Source: Candidatus Moraniibacteriota bacterium (GTDB lineage Bacteria > Patescibacteriota > Minisyncoccia > Moranbacterales > UBA1568). From it: 64,000 bases of DNA. The stretch covers positions 33,756 through 97,755 of the forward strand of contig CAVZUR010000005.1 in NCBI GenBank assembly GCA_963778555.1, in the 5' to 3' direction. Below, in pieces: positions 32,335 through 42,131 of this stretch. The notes under the pieces were generated by a model, which saw only the letters and a list, made by a program, of their open reading frames with translations, was not told where the DNA came from and made no database searches. Numbering within the stretch: position 1 is the stretch's first letter; each line of letters begins with the position of its first letter. The position numbers were made by a program, and so were the translations under genes.

Positions 32335-33315
32335 ATGGTAGTAAAACAAACAACGCTGCAGAAATATGGGCGTTTTGGTGGACTCCTCCTTGTTGCGGTG
32401 CTTTTCCTTCCGATTTTAGGAGTGTATCTCTACCAAACGATGAGATTAGCCTCCAACCACATGGGTGTGTTGATGCGACCAAAAAACTCAGCCGTATACT
32501 CTACAGGCTATGGTGGCATGATGGGGCTAACAGACAACAAGAGGCGAGCAGCGTTTGAAGTGGCAGAGATTTCAAGACCGGCGGGTATGATGGGCGGTGT
32601 CGCAGTGAGCGCCCCCGCTACGATAGATCGTCAATTGATGAAGAGTGCCACGCTCGATTTGCGTGCCCGGAGTCTCGATTGGACAGTCGGCAAGATTCAG
32701 GAAATTACCAAGAATGTCGGCGGATATGTCGAGAGTGCGAATGTCTCTCAACCGAAAGTGAACGTCAAGACGGCGTGGCTGACGGTCCGAGTCCCGGCTG
32801 ATCGTCTTGATGTGACGCTCGACGAGGTAAAAAAGTCGGCATCGGCGGTCATGAATGAACACCTGAATATCGGGGATGTCACGGACCAGGATATCGATCT
32901 CTCAGCCCGTCTCGGCGCCAAGCTTGCCGAAGAATCCGCACTGGTCTCATTGCTGGACAAAGCCGTGAAGGTCAGTGATGTGATTGAAGTGACGGATCGC
33001 CTCACTCTGGTGCGCGGCGAGATCGAGCGGATGCAAGCGGAGCAGCGCATGCTGAGAGGCCAGGTAGCCATGGCTACGGTATCGATTTCTATCACCGAAG
33101 ATCCACGTGTTGCAGTTGACACGAACTCAGTGCGTGACGGGAATGTCGTCAAGCAATCTCTTGCTGATGTCTCTCGCTGGGGCATCGCGCTCGGCAGCGC
33201 TCTGGTCGCCTTCCTCATCAGTGGCGTCCCGATTATCATCATCTATGGATTCTTTCTCTGGGTGGCCTATCGAATCGGTCGTGCCATCGCCCATCGGGTA
33301 GTGCATCGGAAATAG
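32335..33315 (+). CDS. hypothetical membrane-anchored protein (DUF4349-like architecture: N-terminal TM, coiled-coil middle, C-terminal TM)
   Basis: Hydrophobic segments at both termini; family assignment from architecture only. Confidence 0.45.
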   Translation: MVVKQTTLQKYGRFGGLLLVAVLFLPILGVYLYQTMRLASNHMGVLMRPKNSAVYSTGYGGMMGLTDNKRRAAFEVAEISRPAGMMGGVAVSAPATIDRQLMKSATLDLRARSLDWTVGKIQEITKNVGGYVESANVSQPKVNVKTAWLTVRVPADRLDVTLDEVKKSASAVMNEHLNIGDVTDQDIDLSARLGAKLAEESALVSLLDKAVKVSDVIEVTDRLTLVRGEIERMQAEQRMLRGQVAMATVSISITEDPRVAVDTNSVRDGNVVKQSLADVSRWGIALGSALVAFLISGVPIIIIYGFFLWVAYRIGRAIAHRVVHRK

Positions 33316-33332
33316 TCGGATTGAATCGATAC

Positions 33333-33372
33333 ATACTATCCCGTCCCCGTGGCGGGATAGTATTATTGTCGG
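33333..33372 (+). terminator. hairpin terminator
   Basis: ATACTATCCCG-9-nt loop-CGGGATAGTAT followed by a T-rich run (TATTATTGT). Confidence 0.5.
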
Positions 33373-33706
33373 AAAAGAAAAAGCGCCCCGTCGTTGAAAC
33401 AGGGTGCTGGGCCAGGAGAGGGATTCACTCACCCCGTGCGCTTCGAATGGACTTCTCAAAATCCGTCACGGTGTTGGTGGGTGGCTGGAGAGGTTCTGGA
33501 TAGGGTGGATGGAACGGCGAGGTCACTCTCGATGTTTGGTCCACCCAACTGTGGAGCGGATTGCCGCTGAAACGCTGGCCTTTGGCCGTCTTAATGATGA
33601 GCGGGTGTTGCTGCACGATGGCTCTCCTGTAAAGTGCTGCATTTAGCATAGAACGCCGCCGTCTTCAGTGGCAAGTTCTGGCGGATGAAAAAATCCCGAT
33701 TTTCTC

Positions 33707-33735
33707 TTGAAAAAAGGCTCATTTTCGGCTAGAGT
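33707..33735 (+). promoter_or_regulatory. sigma70-like promoter TTGAAA-17-TAGAGT upstream of leuS
   Basis: Hexamers and 17-nt spacing read directly from the sequence; GGGGAG RBS before 33755. Confidence 0.45.
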
Positions 33736-33754
33736 AGGGGAGTAATGCGCTGGT

Positions 33755-36294
33755 ATGGCTATGAAATACGACCCGAAAAAGATCGAAAGGAAGTGGCAGA
33801 AAGTCTGGGCAGCGGGTCATCCTGGGCCGATTGGTAAACGCGGAAAATACTCGGTGCTCGACATGTTTCCGTATCCATCGGGCGATGGGCTGCATGTCGG
33901 CCATGTCGAGAACTTCACGGCTACCGATATCTACGCGCGCTTCATGCGCTTTCAGGGCTATGAAGTGTTTCACCCGATTGGCTGGGACGCGTTCGGGCTG
34001 CCGGCCGAAAACTTCGCCATCAAGACTGGCATCCATCCGGACAAACGGACGAAGGAATCTATCAAGAATTTCACTCGGCAGATCAAATCAATCGGTCTGT
34101 CGTATGATTGGGATCGTGAACTGAATACTTCGAGTCCGGAGTATTACCGTTGGACGCAGTGGATATTTCTGTTTTTGTACAAGAACGGCCTGGCCTACAA
34201 GAAAAAAGCGAAAGTGAACTGGTGTCCGTCCTGCCAGACGGTCTTGGCCAATGAGCAGGTCATCGACGGCAAATGCGACCGCTGCGGCGATAGCGTGGTC
34301 CAAAAAGATCTGGAACAATGGTTTTTTAAGATCACGGACTTCGTCGAACAACCAGGACCAAGAGCAGCAATAAGAAAATCTCTGGTCTGCTTTCCGGTCT
34401 CGAAACCATCGACTGGCCTGAATCGACCAAGGCGGCCCAGACGCCACTGGATCGGCCGGTGCGGAGGGAGCCGAGATTGTCTTCTATGTTGCGACACCGA
34501 AGAGGAAACCAGGGTCTTCACGACGCGCATCGACACGATTTATGGCTGTACATATCTGGTCGTGGCGCCCGAGCACCCACTCGTCAATGCGCTCTCAGGA
34601 CGGATCAAGAATATAAACCGAAGTGAGAGCAATACCTTGCCGACAATCAAAGAAAAAGACAGACCTCGAACGGACTGAACTCAATAAGGAAAAGACGGGT
34701 GTGCGCTCGAAGGGCGTCGAAGCCATGCATCCGTTGACAGGTGAAGGATGCCGGTCTACGTCGCCGACTACGTACTCGGTACCTATGGTACGGGAGCGGT
34801 GATGGCGTTCCGGCACATGATAAGAGGGATTTCGAGTTTGCGAAGAAACATGACCTACTTATTAAGTATGTTGTACATCCGATTGCATTTTCTTATCAAA
34901 AATCTGCGAGGACCTGGAAAACGGTCGAGAATATACATCCAGAAAAGAGCAAAGTGGACGAAAGGTGGCTTACTGATAGACTAGAGACCAAAGGCGTCCC
35001 TTATCTTGCTGATGGAAAGCTAATCAATTCAAGAGAATTTATTGGCTGACATTGTGATGAAGCGCGGGAGAAGATGGTCGCGTGGCTGAAGAAAGAAAAA
35101 CTGGGGAAGAAAGTGGTGAATTATCGGCTGCGTGATTGGCTTATTTCCCGGCAGCGCTATTGGGGTGCGCCGATCCCAATCATCTACTGTGATGACTGTG
35201 GGGCGGTGCCGGTGCCAGAGAAAGATCTGCCCGTGAAGCTACCGACAGATGTGGATTTCCGTCCGACCGGGGAGTCGCCACTTGTCCGTTCGAAAGCCTT
35301 TCATAAAGTAAAGTGTCCGAAATGCGGCGCGAAGGCGCGGCGCGAGAGCGATACGATGGATACTTTCGTCTGTTCGAGCTGGTACTATCTGCGTTACGCT
35401 GATCCGAACAATACGAAACAGTTCGCCTCGAAGAAAGCCTCGAGAAATATCTCCCGGTGGATTTCTATATGGGTGGGGCGGAACATACGGTACTCCACCT
35501 CCTCTATGCGCGTTTTTTCACCAAAGCGCTCTGCAGCACGGCTACCTCGCTTTCGACGAGCCGTTCGTGAAACTTCGCCATCAGGGGATGATTCTCGCGG
35601 AAAACGGTCAGAAAATGTCCAAATCGAAGGGGAATGTGGTCAATCCGGATCAGGTGATCGCGGAGTTCGGCGCGGATAGTCTGCGCCTCTATGAGATGTT
35701 CATGGGGCCGATCGAGGAGATGAAGGGATGGAATACGGCGAGTATGATCGGACTGAGACGATTTCTTGGAGAAGGTCTGGAAACTTGAAACACGGATAAC
35801 GGATCAAAAATCACAGATTAGGGATAAGAATCTTGAAACCTTATTCCACAAAACGATTAAGAAAGTTACCGAGGATATAGCCGAGCTTAAATTTAATACC
35901 GCTATCAGCGCCTTGATGATTTTCGTCAATGAAATAGAAAAGGAGGAAAAGCTTTCAGTCGGCAAGTTATAGGCGACTGTTAACACTGCTCGCTCCGTTC
36001 GCACCACATATCGCGGAAGAGCTTTGGCAGCGATTAGGAGAAAAGAAATCGATCTTTCTTGCTCCCTGGCCGAAGTTTGATCCGAAAAAAATCCGTGAGG
36101 AGACGAAAACAATCGGAGTCCAAGTGAATGGCAAGGTCCGCGGTACGATTGAGCTTGCGGTCGATGCGACGGAGGCTGAAGCGAAATCGCTCGCTCTCGG
36201 CGACTCAAAGATACAGGCATTCATCGGTGGGAAACAGCTGCGGAAATGTATCTATGTGCCGGGTCGTATCCTGAATTTCGTGGTCAGCAATTAA
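33755..36294 (+). pseudogene. leuS: leucyl-tRNA synthetase, heavily disrupted (about 11 frame shifts, a 32-35 nt insertion, and one in-frame TGA)
   Basis: LeuRS sequence is recoverable end to end: HVGH region, ...WPESTKAAQT/HWIG..., [67 protein letters not shown]-terminal FAPHIAEELW. Reading it requires switching frames about 11 times. Confidence 0.85.
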
Positions 36295-36304
36295 TTTTCA
36301 TCCT

Positions 36305-38131
36305 ATGTGCGGTATCGTCGGCTATACGGGCCAGCGCCAGGTCAAAGATGTTCTCATTGAAGGGTTGAAGCGCCTGGAATACCGTGGCTATGATTCGGCC
36401 GGAGTCGCCTTCCTCGACGGCAAGAAGGTACGGATCGTTAAGGCTGCTGGCAAGGTTGCTATCCTGGAGTCGAAAATCGGCACGCTTTCAGTTGCTGGGA
36501 TGGGTATTGCGCATACTCGTTGGGCGACGCATGGGAAACCATCTGAGAAGAATGCTCATCCGCACTCAGACTGCCAGAGTCATGTGGCGGTCGTGCATAA
36601 TGGTATCATCGAGAATTACCGCGAGTTGCGGGAGGTGTTAGAAAAGCAAGGGCATCGGTTTCGGTCAGAGACGGACACCGAGACGATTGCGCATCTGATT
36701 GAAGAAGGAATGAAGACGGATACCTTCGAAACGTCGTTCGTGATAGCTCTCAAAGTGCTTCGCGGGGCGTATGGCATTGTTGCCATTTCGAGCGAGCATC
36801 CGGGAGTGATGCTTGCGGCACGGAACAGCAGCCCGCTGGTCATCGGCATCGGGAAAGGCGAGATGTTCGTTGCGTCGGATGTCTCGGCGATGATTGGCGA
36901 CGTGAAGCGCGTCGTGTACCTCGATGACGGAGAAATAGCGAAAATTGATCGGGAGGGCTATACGGTCAAAACACTGGGGAGCCGGAAGCGAGCGAAAGCT
37001 GAGATTACGCTCGAATGGGATCAAGCTATCGCTGAACGGGGAGGATATCCGCATTTCATGCTGAAAGAGATCTTTGACCAGCCGAAGAGCTTCACGGACG
37101 CGCTCCGTGGCCGATTGCTTGTGAAGGAAGGGCGGGTTCGTCTCGGAGGTCTGAGGACAGTTGAGAAACGCCTTCGCCAGATCAATCGTATCGTTATCGT
37201 TTCTTGCGGGACCTCGTATCATTCCGGTCTCGTGGGAGAATACCTCATCGAGGAGCTGGCGCATATTCCGACTGAGGTTGAGATGGCCTCCGAATTCCGC
37301 TATCGCCAGCCGATTGTTGACAAGCGGACGGCGGTCATTGCGATTTCTCAATCGGGTGAAACAGCGGATACGCTCGCTGCTATCCGCGAGGCGAAGTCTC
37401 AGGGCGCGCTGACCATCGGCATCGTCAATGTCGTCGGTTCGACGATCGCGCGAGAAACGGATGCGGGCGTGTACTGCCACGCCGGTCCGGAGGTGAGTGT
37501 GGCCTCGACCAAAGCCTTTACTTCGCAACTGGCTGTCCTTTCGCTCTTGGCGATCTATCTCGGGCAGGATCGCGATCTGGCTCCGAAGCTTGTAGCCCGC
37601 ATCGTGAGGGAGTTGGCCAAGATTCCCAGGCATATGGAAACGGTCCTGAAAGGGACGAGTTCAATTCAGAGGCTCGCGAAACAATACGCGCGACAAGAAC
37701 ACTATCTCTATCTCGGCCGGAAATATAATTATCCGGACGCGCTTGAGGGCGCACTGAAGATCAAAGAGATCGCGTATGTTCCGGCCCAGGGTTATCCGAC
37801 CGGCGAGATGAAGCATGGGCCGATTGCGCTTATTGAACCTTCAGCCTTGGCCTTCATGCTCATTCCGCACGACAGTGTCTACGAGAAAAATATGAGCGGT
37901 CTGGAAGAAATCCTCGCTCGTGGCGGAAAAGTAATCGTACTAGCGACCGAAGGTGATACCGCTCTCAAACGAAAGGCGACGCATGTGATCGCCATTCCAA
38001 AAACACTCGAAATGCTCACACCGATTCTTTCGGCCCTCCCGCTTCAATTGTTCGCGTATTTCGTCGCCGTCGAGCGGGGCTATGATATCGATCAGCCCCG
38101 CAACCTGGCAAAGAGCGTCACAGTTGAGTAA
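36305..38131 (+). CDS. glmS: glutamine--fructose-6-phosphate aminotransferase
   Basis: N-terminal MCGIVGY (Ntn Cys) and two SIS domains; 608 aa. Confidence 0.95.
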   Translation: MCGIVGYTGQRQVKDVLIEGLKRLEYRGYDSAGVAFLDGKKVRIVKAAGKVAILESKIGTLSVAGMGIAHTRWATHGKPSEKNAHPHSDCQSHVAVVHNGIIENYRELREVLEKQGHRFRSETDTETIAHLIEEGMKTDTFETSFVIALKVLRGAYGIVAISSEHPGVMLAARNSSPLVIGIGKGEMFVASDVSAMIGDVKRVVYLDDGEIAKIDREGYTVKTLGSRKRAKAEITLEWDQAIAERGGYPHFMLKEIFDQPKSFTDALRGRLLVKEGRVRLGGLRTVEKRLRQINRIVIVSCGTSYHSGLVGEYLIEELAHIPTEVEMASEFRYRQPIVDKRTAVIAISQSGETADTLAAIREAKSQGALTIGIVNVVGSTIARETDAGVYCHAGPEVSVASTKAFTSQLAVLSLLAIYLGQDRDLAPKLVARIVRELAKIPRHMETVLKGTSSIQRLAKQYARQEHYLYLGRKYNYPDALEGALKIKEIAYVPAQGYPTGEMKHGPIALIEPSALAFMLIPHDSVYEKNMSGLEEILARGGKVIVLATEGDTALKRKATHVIAIPKTLEMLTPILSALPLQLFAYFVAVERGYDIDQPRNLAKSVTVE

Positions 38132-38176
38132 GATACCTTGGAGGAGCAGGCTTTATCCGGCTGATTTTTTGCAAAT

Positions 38177-38851
38177 ATGAAAAGCGCTATCCCTGAATTT
38201 CTCCCGCTCGATCGGCCACTCATCGTCTTCGATCTCGAAACGACCGGCTTGTCCACGAGTGAGGACAAGATTATCGAACTTGCATATGAAAAGATTATGC
38301 CGGACGGCAGCGTGACGGCTCATGTCCAGCGCATCAATCCTGGGAAACCGATTGCGGCCGAAGCAAGTGCAATCAATGGGATAACGGACGCAGACGTGGC
38401 CCATGCTCCGAGTTTCGCGAAGCTGTCCTATGAGCTCTGGAGTGCTTTCGAGGGAGCGGATGTAGGCGGCTTCAATATCACTGGGTTTGATCTCCCGTTC
38501 CTCAAGGCAGAATTCGCGGCGGTCGGAAAAAGTTTTGATTACCTCTCACGGAAGATCTTGGATGCCAAGATTCTCTATCACAAGATGGAGAAGCGTGATA
38601 TGTTCGCACCCCGCAACCTCAGCGCCGCCTACAAGTTCTACTGCGGCAAGGAGCATACGAGTGCGCATACCGGAGCGGGCGATGTCCGCGTGACGGTCGA
38701 AGTGCTGGAGGAAGAATTGCGCCGGTATCCGGAATTCCGCGATTGGAAATATCTCGCCGAGCTCCATGGCAACAAGGATCTGCTCGAATCGGCAAAAACC
38801 GAGCATGCGAGCTATGAAGACACGGTGGCACGAGCCAATACGCTTTTCTAA
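38177..38851 (+). CDS. DEDDh 3'-5' exonuclease (DNA polymerase III epsilon-like)
   Basis: Exo I motif VFDLETTGL, and Exo II and III motifs; 224 aa. Confidence 0.8.
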   Translation: MKSAIPEFLPLDRPLIVFDLETTGLSTSEDKIIELAYEKIMPDGSVTAHVQRINPGKPIAAEASAINGITDADVAHAPSFAKLSYELWSAFEGADVGGFNITGFDLPFLKAEFAAVGKSFDYLSRKILDAKILYHKMEKRDMFAPRNLSAAYKFYCGKEHTSAHTGAGDVRVTVEVLEEELRRYPEFRDWKYLAELHGNKDLLESAKTEHASYEDTVARANTLF

Positions 38852-38860
38852 TGACGACGT

Positions 38861-39625
38861 ATGAGCAGTCTCGACGCGATTTTTCTCGGCATAGTCGAAG
38901 GGCTCACGGAGTTTCTTCCGATTTCTTCGACGGGGCATCTGATACTGACTTCACAGCTCCTGGGATTAGCTGAAACTGATTTTCTTAAATCATTCGAGGT
39001 AGTGATTCAGCTTGGTGCCATCCTAGCGGTTGTCACGCTCTATTGGCGGAAGCTATTCTTCGATTGGCCGATCATGCTGCGGATTGCGGTCGCGTTGCTT
39101 CCAGCGCTGGGCGTCGGGTACCTCTTCTATGCCACCATCCGATCAATGTTAGACTCACAGTTGACGGTTGTCCTGGCGCTTTTTTTCGGCGGTGTCATCC
39201 TTATTCTCTTTGAACGCTATCGGAAAGTGCCAGCCGTCACCGGCACTCTCGAAACGTTGACGTATCGACAAGCTGGAATCATCGGTCTCGCACAGGCACT
39301 CTCAGTCGTACCGGGAGTCTCTCGGGCCGGGGCTACAATCGTCGGTGGTCTTTTGACCGGACTTTCGCGACCTGCGTCCGTCGAGTTCTCCTTTCTCTTA
39401 GGGGTTCCGACTATGGTCGCCGCGACAACGCTCGATCTCGCCGAAAATTATCAGACGTTCTCCTGGGACGATGTGCAGTCGCTCTCACTCGGACTGATAA
39501 TGTCATTCCTGGTGGCGCTCATAGCGATTAAATTCCTCCTCCGTTTCGTGGAGACGCATTCATTCACTGCGTTTGGCGTGTACCGCATCATCGCCGCCGT
39601 TTTCTTTTACTTCTTCATTCTCTAG
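38861..39625 (+). CDS. uppP: undecaprenyl-diphosphate phosphatase
   Basis: BacA signature EGLTEFLPISSTGHL; polytopic membrane protein. Confidence 0.9.
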   Translation: MSSLDAIFLGIVEGLTEFLPISSTGHLILTSQLLGLAETDFLKSFEVVIQLGAILAVVTLYWRKLFFDWPIMLRIAVALLPALGVGYLFYATIRSMLDSQLTVVLALFFGGVILILFERYRKVPAVTGTLETLTYRQAGIIGLAQALSVVPGVSRAGATIVGGLLTGLSRPASVEFSFLLGVPTMVAATTLDLAENYQTFSWDDVQSLSLGLIMSFLVALIAIKFLLRFVETHSFTAFGVYRIIAAVFFYFFIL

Positions 39626-39630
39626 TCTGC

Positions 39631-40488
39631 ATGCGCTCTCTCTACGGAAAACCGATTGCTGCCGAGATACTCCGGCAGACGAAAAAGTCGCTCCAGGCGC
39701 GCGGTGTCACTCCCGGATTGGGGGTGGTATTGGTGGGAAACGACCCAGCCTCAGAAATCTATGTCGAGTTGAAAGAGAAGGCTGCCCGATCGGTCGGCGT
39801 GGCTTTTGAGAAGCATCTCTTGCCAGCGGATAGCAGAACCGATGATGTCCGGTCACTGGTACAGAAACTCAATACGCGCGCGGATATCCATGGCATCATT
39901 GTCCAGCTCCCACTTCCCGCTGGCATCGAAGCGGATGCCGTAATCGCGACGATTTGTCCACACAAAGATGCTGATGGATTCCATCCCGAAACCGTTGAGC
40001 GCTTTCTTGCCGGATCGACTCATATACCGCCTGTGTTTCCGCGAGCGATTCTGGCGCTGCTTCGAAATACTGGCGTCACTCTGCAAGACAAACAGGCGCT
40101 CATTTTCGCGAATTCTCATTTGTTCGCTCGGGTGATGGCCAAGGCCCTCAGTCAATTCAGTATTCGTGCCGAAGACAGCCTGTTACTCACTCCGGCTGAA
40201 ACAAAGACCAAGCTTGCATCGGCCGACATCATCATCTCTGCCAAAGGTGACCCGCATTTTTTGAAGGGCGATATGGTCCGCTCGGGGGCGATCATCGTCG
40301 ATGGCGGCATCACGCGCGTCGGAGAGCGGGTGATGAGCGATGTGGATCCAGCGAGCTTCGAACTGATCGAGGGCTTTATTACTCCAGTTCCTGGTGGTGT
40401 CGGACCAGTGACAGTCGCGTACCTCATCGCTCGAGTAGCTGAACTTGCATTGGGCGGGTCGGATGAGGAGAGTATACTAGAGTCATGA
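39631..40488 (+). CDS. folD: bifunctional methylenetetrahydrofolate dehydrogenase/cyclohydrolase
   Basis: FolD motifs (GVVLVGNDPASEIYV, IHGIIVQLPLP, PVPGGVGP). Confidence 0.9.
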   Translation: MRSLYGKPIAAEILRQTKKSLQARGVTPGLGVVLVGNDPASEIYVELKEKAARSVGVAFEKHLLPADSRTDDVRSLVQKLNTRADIHGIIVQLPLPAGIEADAVIATICPHKDADGFHPETVERFLAGSTHIPPVFPRAILALLRNTGVTLQDKQALIFANSHLFARVMAKALSQFSIRAEDSLLLTPAETKTKLASADIIISAKGDPHFLKGDMVRSGAIIVDGGITRVGERVMSDVDPASFELIEGFITPVPGGVGPVTVAYLIARVAELALGGSDEESILES

Positions 40489-40985
40489 CAGTCAATCGGA
40501 AAAAATTGAAAGGATCAGTCCTCGGTTTCTCGCTCATGCTCCTTTCGGTCCTGCTTCTTTCAGGTATCACCGTCGTCAGTGTCTCTGTCTTGGAACGGAA
40601 AGCGAGTTTTGCGACGCAGAAGTCGGTGATTGCGTTTCAGGCTGCCGACAGCGGTGCCGAACGCGTTCTAAATATTATCTACATGAGGAATTCACCCGCG
40701 GTGGCGGTCTTGCCACTCGGCTCACTTACAATCGATGCCTCTATTTCCATCCTACCGCTTTCTGGTGCCGTTCTCATCGCCTGTGATTTTGCTACCAATA
40801 CTCTCACAGCGACGAATAATGCCGCACCAGTGTACACCTTTAACGTCGTGTTCTACAAAAATGATGGGTCAAGGGTTGGCTGTGCTGAAACCGGTTGGCG
40901 GGATTCAGTGGTGCGCATTCGGGTCGAAGGATTTTTCCAGCGTACCTCGCGCGTCGTGGAAATCGGCATCCGTCAGAGGGTCTAG
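40485..40985 (+). CDS. hypothetical secreted/membrane protein with prepilin-like N-terminus
   Basis: Basic leader ending in G followed by a hydrophobic segment of about 20 aa (…KKLKGSVLG/FSLMLLSVLLL…). It lacks the usual Glu at +5, so the pilin assignment is weak. Confidence 0.35.
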   Translation: MTVNRKKLKGSVLGFSLMLLSVLLLSGITVVSVSVLERKASFATQKSVIAFQAADSGAERVLNIIYMRNSPAVAVLPLGSLTIDASISILPLSGAVLIACDFATNTLTATNNAAPVYTFNVVFYKNDGSRVGCAETGWRDSVVRIRVEGFFQRTSRVVEIGIRQRV

Positions 40986-41002
40986 AGGAGTAATCAGAAT
41001 GT

Positions 41003-41040
41003 GCCGCGGGAGAGACTCGAACTCTCATGATATTGCTATC
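41003..41040 (-). tRNA. tRNA-like 3' fragment: T-arm plus acceptor strand (GAGAGTTCGAGTCTCTC-CCGCGGC-A) of a Leu-type tRNA
   Basis: Canonical T-loop TTCGAGT with a 5-bp stem and 7-nt acceptor strand, but no matching 5' half is adjacent. Confidence 0.3.
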
Positions 41041-41087
41041 GCGGGATTTTGTCCTCCCAAGGCGGATAAAAGTCCCTGTTGCTATTG

Positions 41088-41170
41088 TGGGCGAGGAGAG
41101 ACTTGAACTCTCACGCTGTTGCCAGCATTGGATTTTGAGTCCAACGTGTCTACCATTCCACCACTCGCCC
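41088..41170 (-). tRNA. tRNA-Leu (anticodon CAA), class II with long variable arm, no encoded CCA
   Basis: Folded by hand: acceptor GGGCGAG/CTCGCCC, D-arm GTGG-AATGGTAG-ACAC, anticodon stem TTGGA/TCCAA, loop CTCAAAA, 15-nt variable arm, T-arm GAGAG-TTCAAGT-CTCTC, discriminator A. Confidence 0.8.
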
Positions 41171-41184
41171 ATTGTTTCCTCCGT

Positions 41185-41241
41185 GTGCCTGCCCGTCCGA
41201 AGTTCTTACGAAGGAGGGTCTACCATTCCACCACCGCGGCT
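41185..41241 (-). tRNA. tRNA-like 5' fragment: acceptor GCCGCGG + Leu-type D-arm (GTGGAATGGTAGAC), no T-arm
   Basis: Its acceptor strand is complementary to the 3' fragment at 41003-41040; the D-arm is identical to that of tRNA-Leu(CAA). Confidence 0.3.
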
Positions 41242-41301
41242 TTTGAGCCTTTGAATGTTGCCAAAAAGGCTCTCTTTAGGGAAGAGTAGGCAATTGAAAG
41301 A

Positions 41302-42120
41302 GTGTTGTCAATCACCTATAATGACCCTATGACTCAGATAATTGCGTTCGTCAATCAGAAAGGTGGTGTCGGGAAAACCACGACCACGATTAATGTCGCT
41401 CGTTACCTCGCGGAGGCGGGTCGGCGCGTGCTCTTGGTGGATCTTGATCCTCAAGGCAACGCTTCGTCAGGTCTTGGGGTGCACGTGCGGAATCTCGAGA
41501 AGAATCTCTACCACTCGATGATTCTCGGTCTCGCTCCGATGGAAATCATTCTCGATATCGGCATCCCAAATCTCTATCTCATTCCAGCCGCCCAAGATTT
41601 GGCGGGTGCGGAGATTGAAATGGTTCATCTCAGCGAGCGCGAATTCCGGCTCTATCAGGTCCTCCGGCAGCTCCGGTCTGAGTTCGATTATATTCTCATC
41701 GATAGCCCGCCCTCTCTCGGACTTTTGACAATAAATGGTCTGGTTGCGAGCGATGGTGTGATCGTGCCGGTCCAGACGGAATACTATGCGCTCGAAGGAC
41801 TGTCTCAGCTTCTCGGCACAATCGAACTCGTGCGCGAGCATTTGCAGCCAAACCTGAAAATTTTTGGCGCGCTTCTCACGCTTTTCGATCGGCGGAATCG
41901 TCTGGCCCGCCAGGTCGTGGAGGAAGTCCGGCGGCATTTTCCGGGCCCAGTGTTCGACAGCGTCATCCCGCGATCGGTCCGGTTAGCCGAGGCGCCGAGC
42001 TTTGGGAAATCCATTCTTGATTTCGATGCGTTTTCCAAAGGCGCCCGCGCCTACAAATCTGTTGTCCGTGAGATACTCGAACGCGAAGAAACCGAGCGGA
42101 AAAATCTTAAAGTAGTGTAG
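41302..42120 (+). CDS. parA: chromosome partitioning ATPase ParA/Soj
   Basis: Deviant Walker A KGGVGKTT; the start is probably the internal Met (MTQIIAF). Confidence 0.9.
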   Translation: MLSITYNDPMTQIIAFVNQKGGVGKTTTTINVARYLAEAGRRVLLVDLDPQGNASSGLGVHVRNLEKNLYHSMILGLAPMEIILDIGIPNLYLIPAAQDLAGAEIEMVHLSEREFRLYQVLRQLRSEFDYILIDSPPSLGLLTINGLVASDGVIVPVQTEYYALEGLSQLLGTIELVREHLQPNLKIFGALLTLFDRRNRLARQVVEEVRRHFPGPVFDSVIPRSVRLAEAPSFGKSILDFDAFSKGARAYKSVVREILEREETERKNLKVV

Positions 42121-42131
42121 AATACTAGCAT

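Noticed and set aside
33400-33650. T-box leader for leuS (AGGGTGGATGGAACGGCG motif)
   Set aside because: The similarity to the GGGTGGTACCGCG consensus is broken by an insertion, and the sigma70-like promoter sits downstream of it at 33707, leaving only a ~40-nt leader. It is kept only as a generic ncRNA candidate.
35047-35049. In-frame TGA in leuS as evidence of UGA recoding (genetic code 25 or 4)
   Set aside because: No other conserved gene in the window (ileS, glmS, glyQS, metG, atpD and others) has an in-frame TGA, and several genes terminate at TGA with correct length. The standard code applies, so this is a nonsense lesion.
40735-41172. ORFs 40735-41106 (+) and 40840-41172 (-) spanning the tRNA region
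   Set aside because: They run through the tRNA-Leu gene and the tRNA halves and are read-through artefacts.
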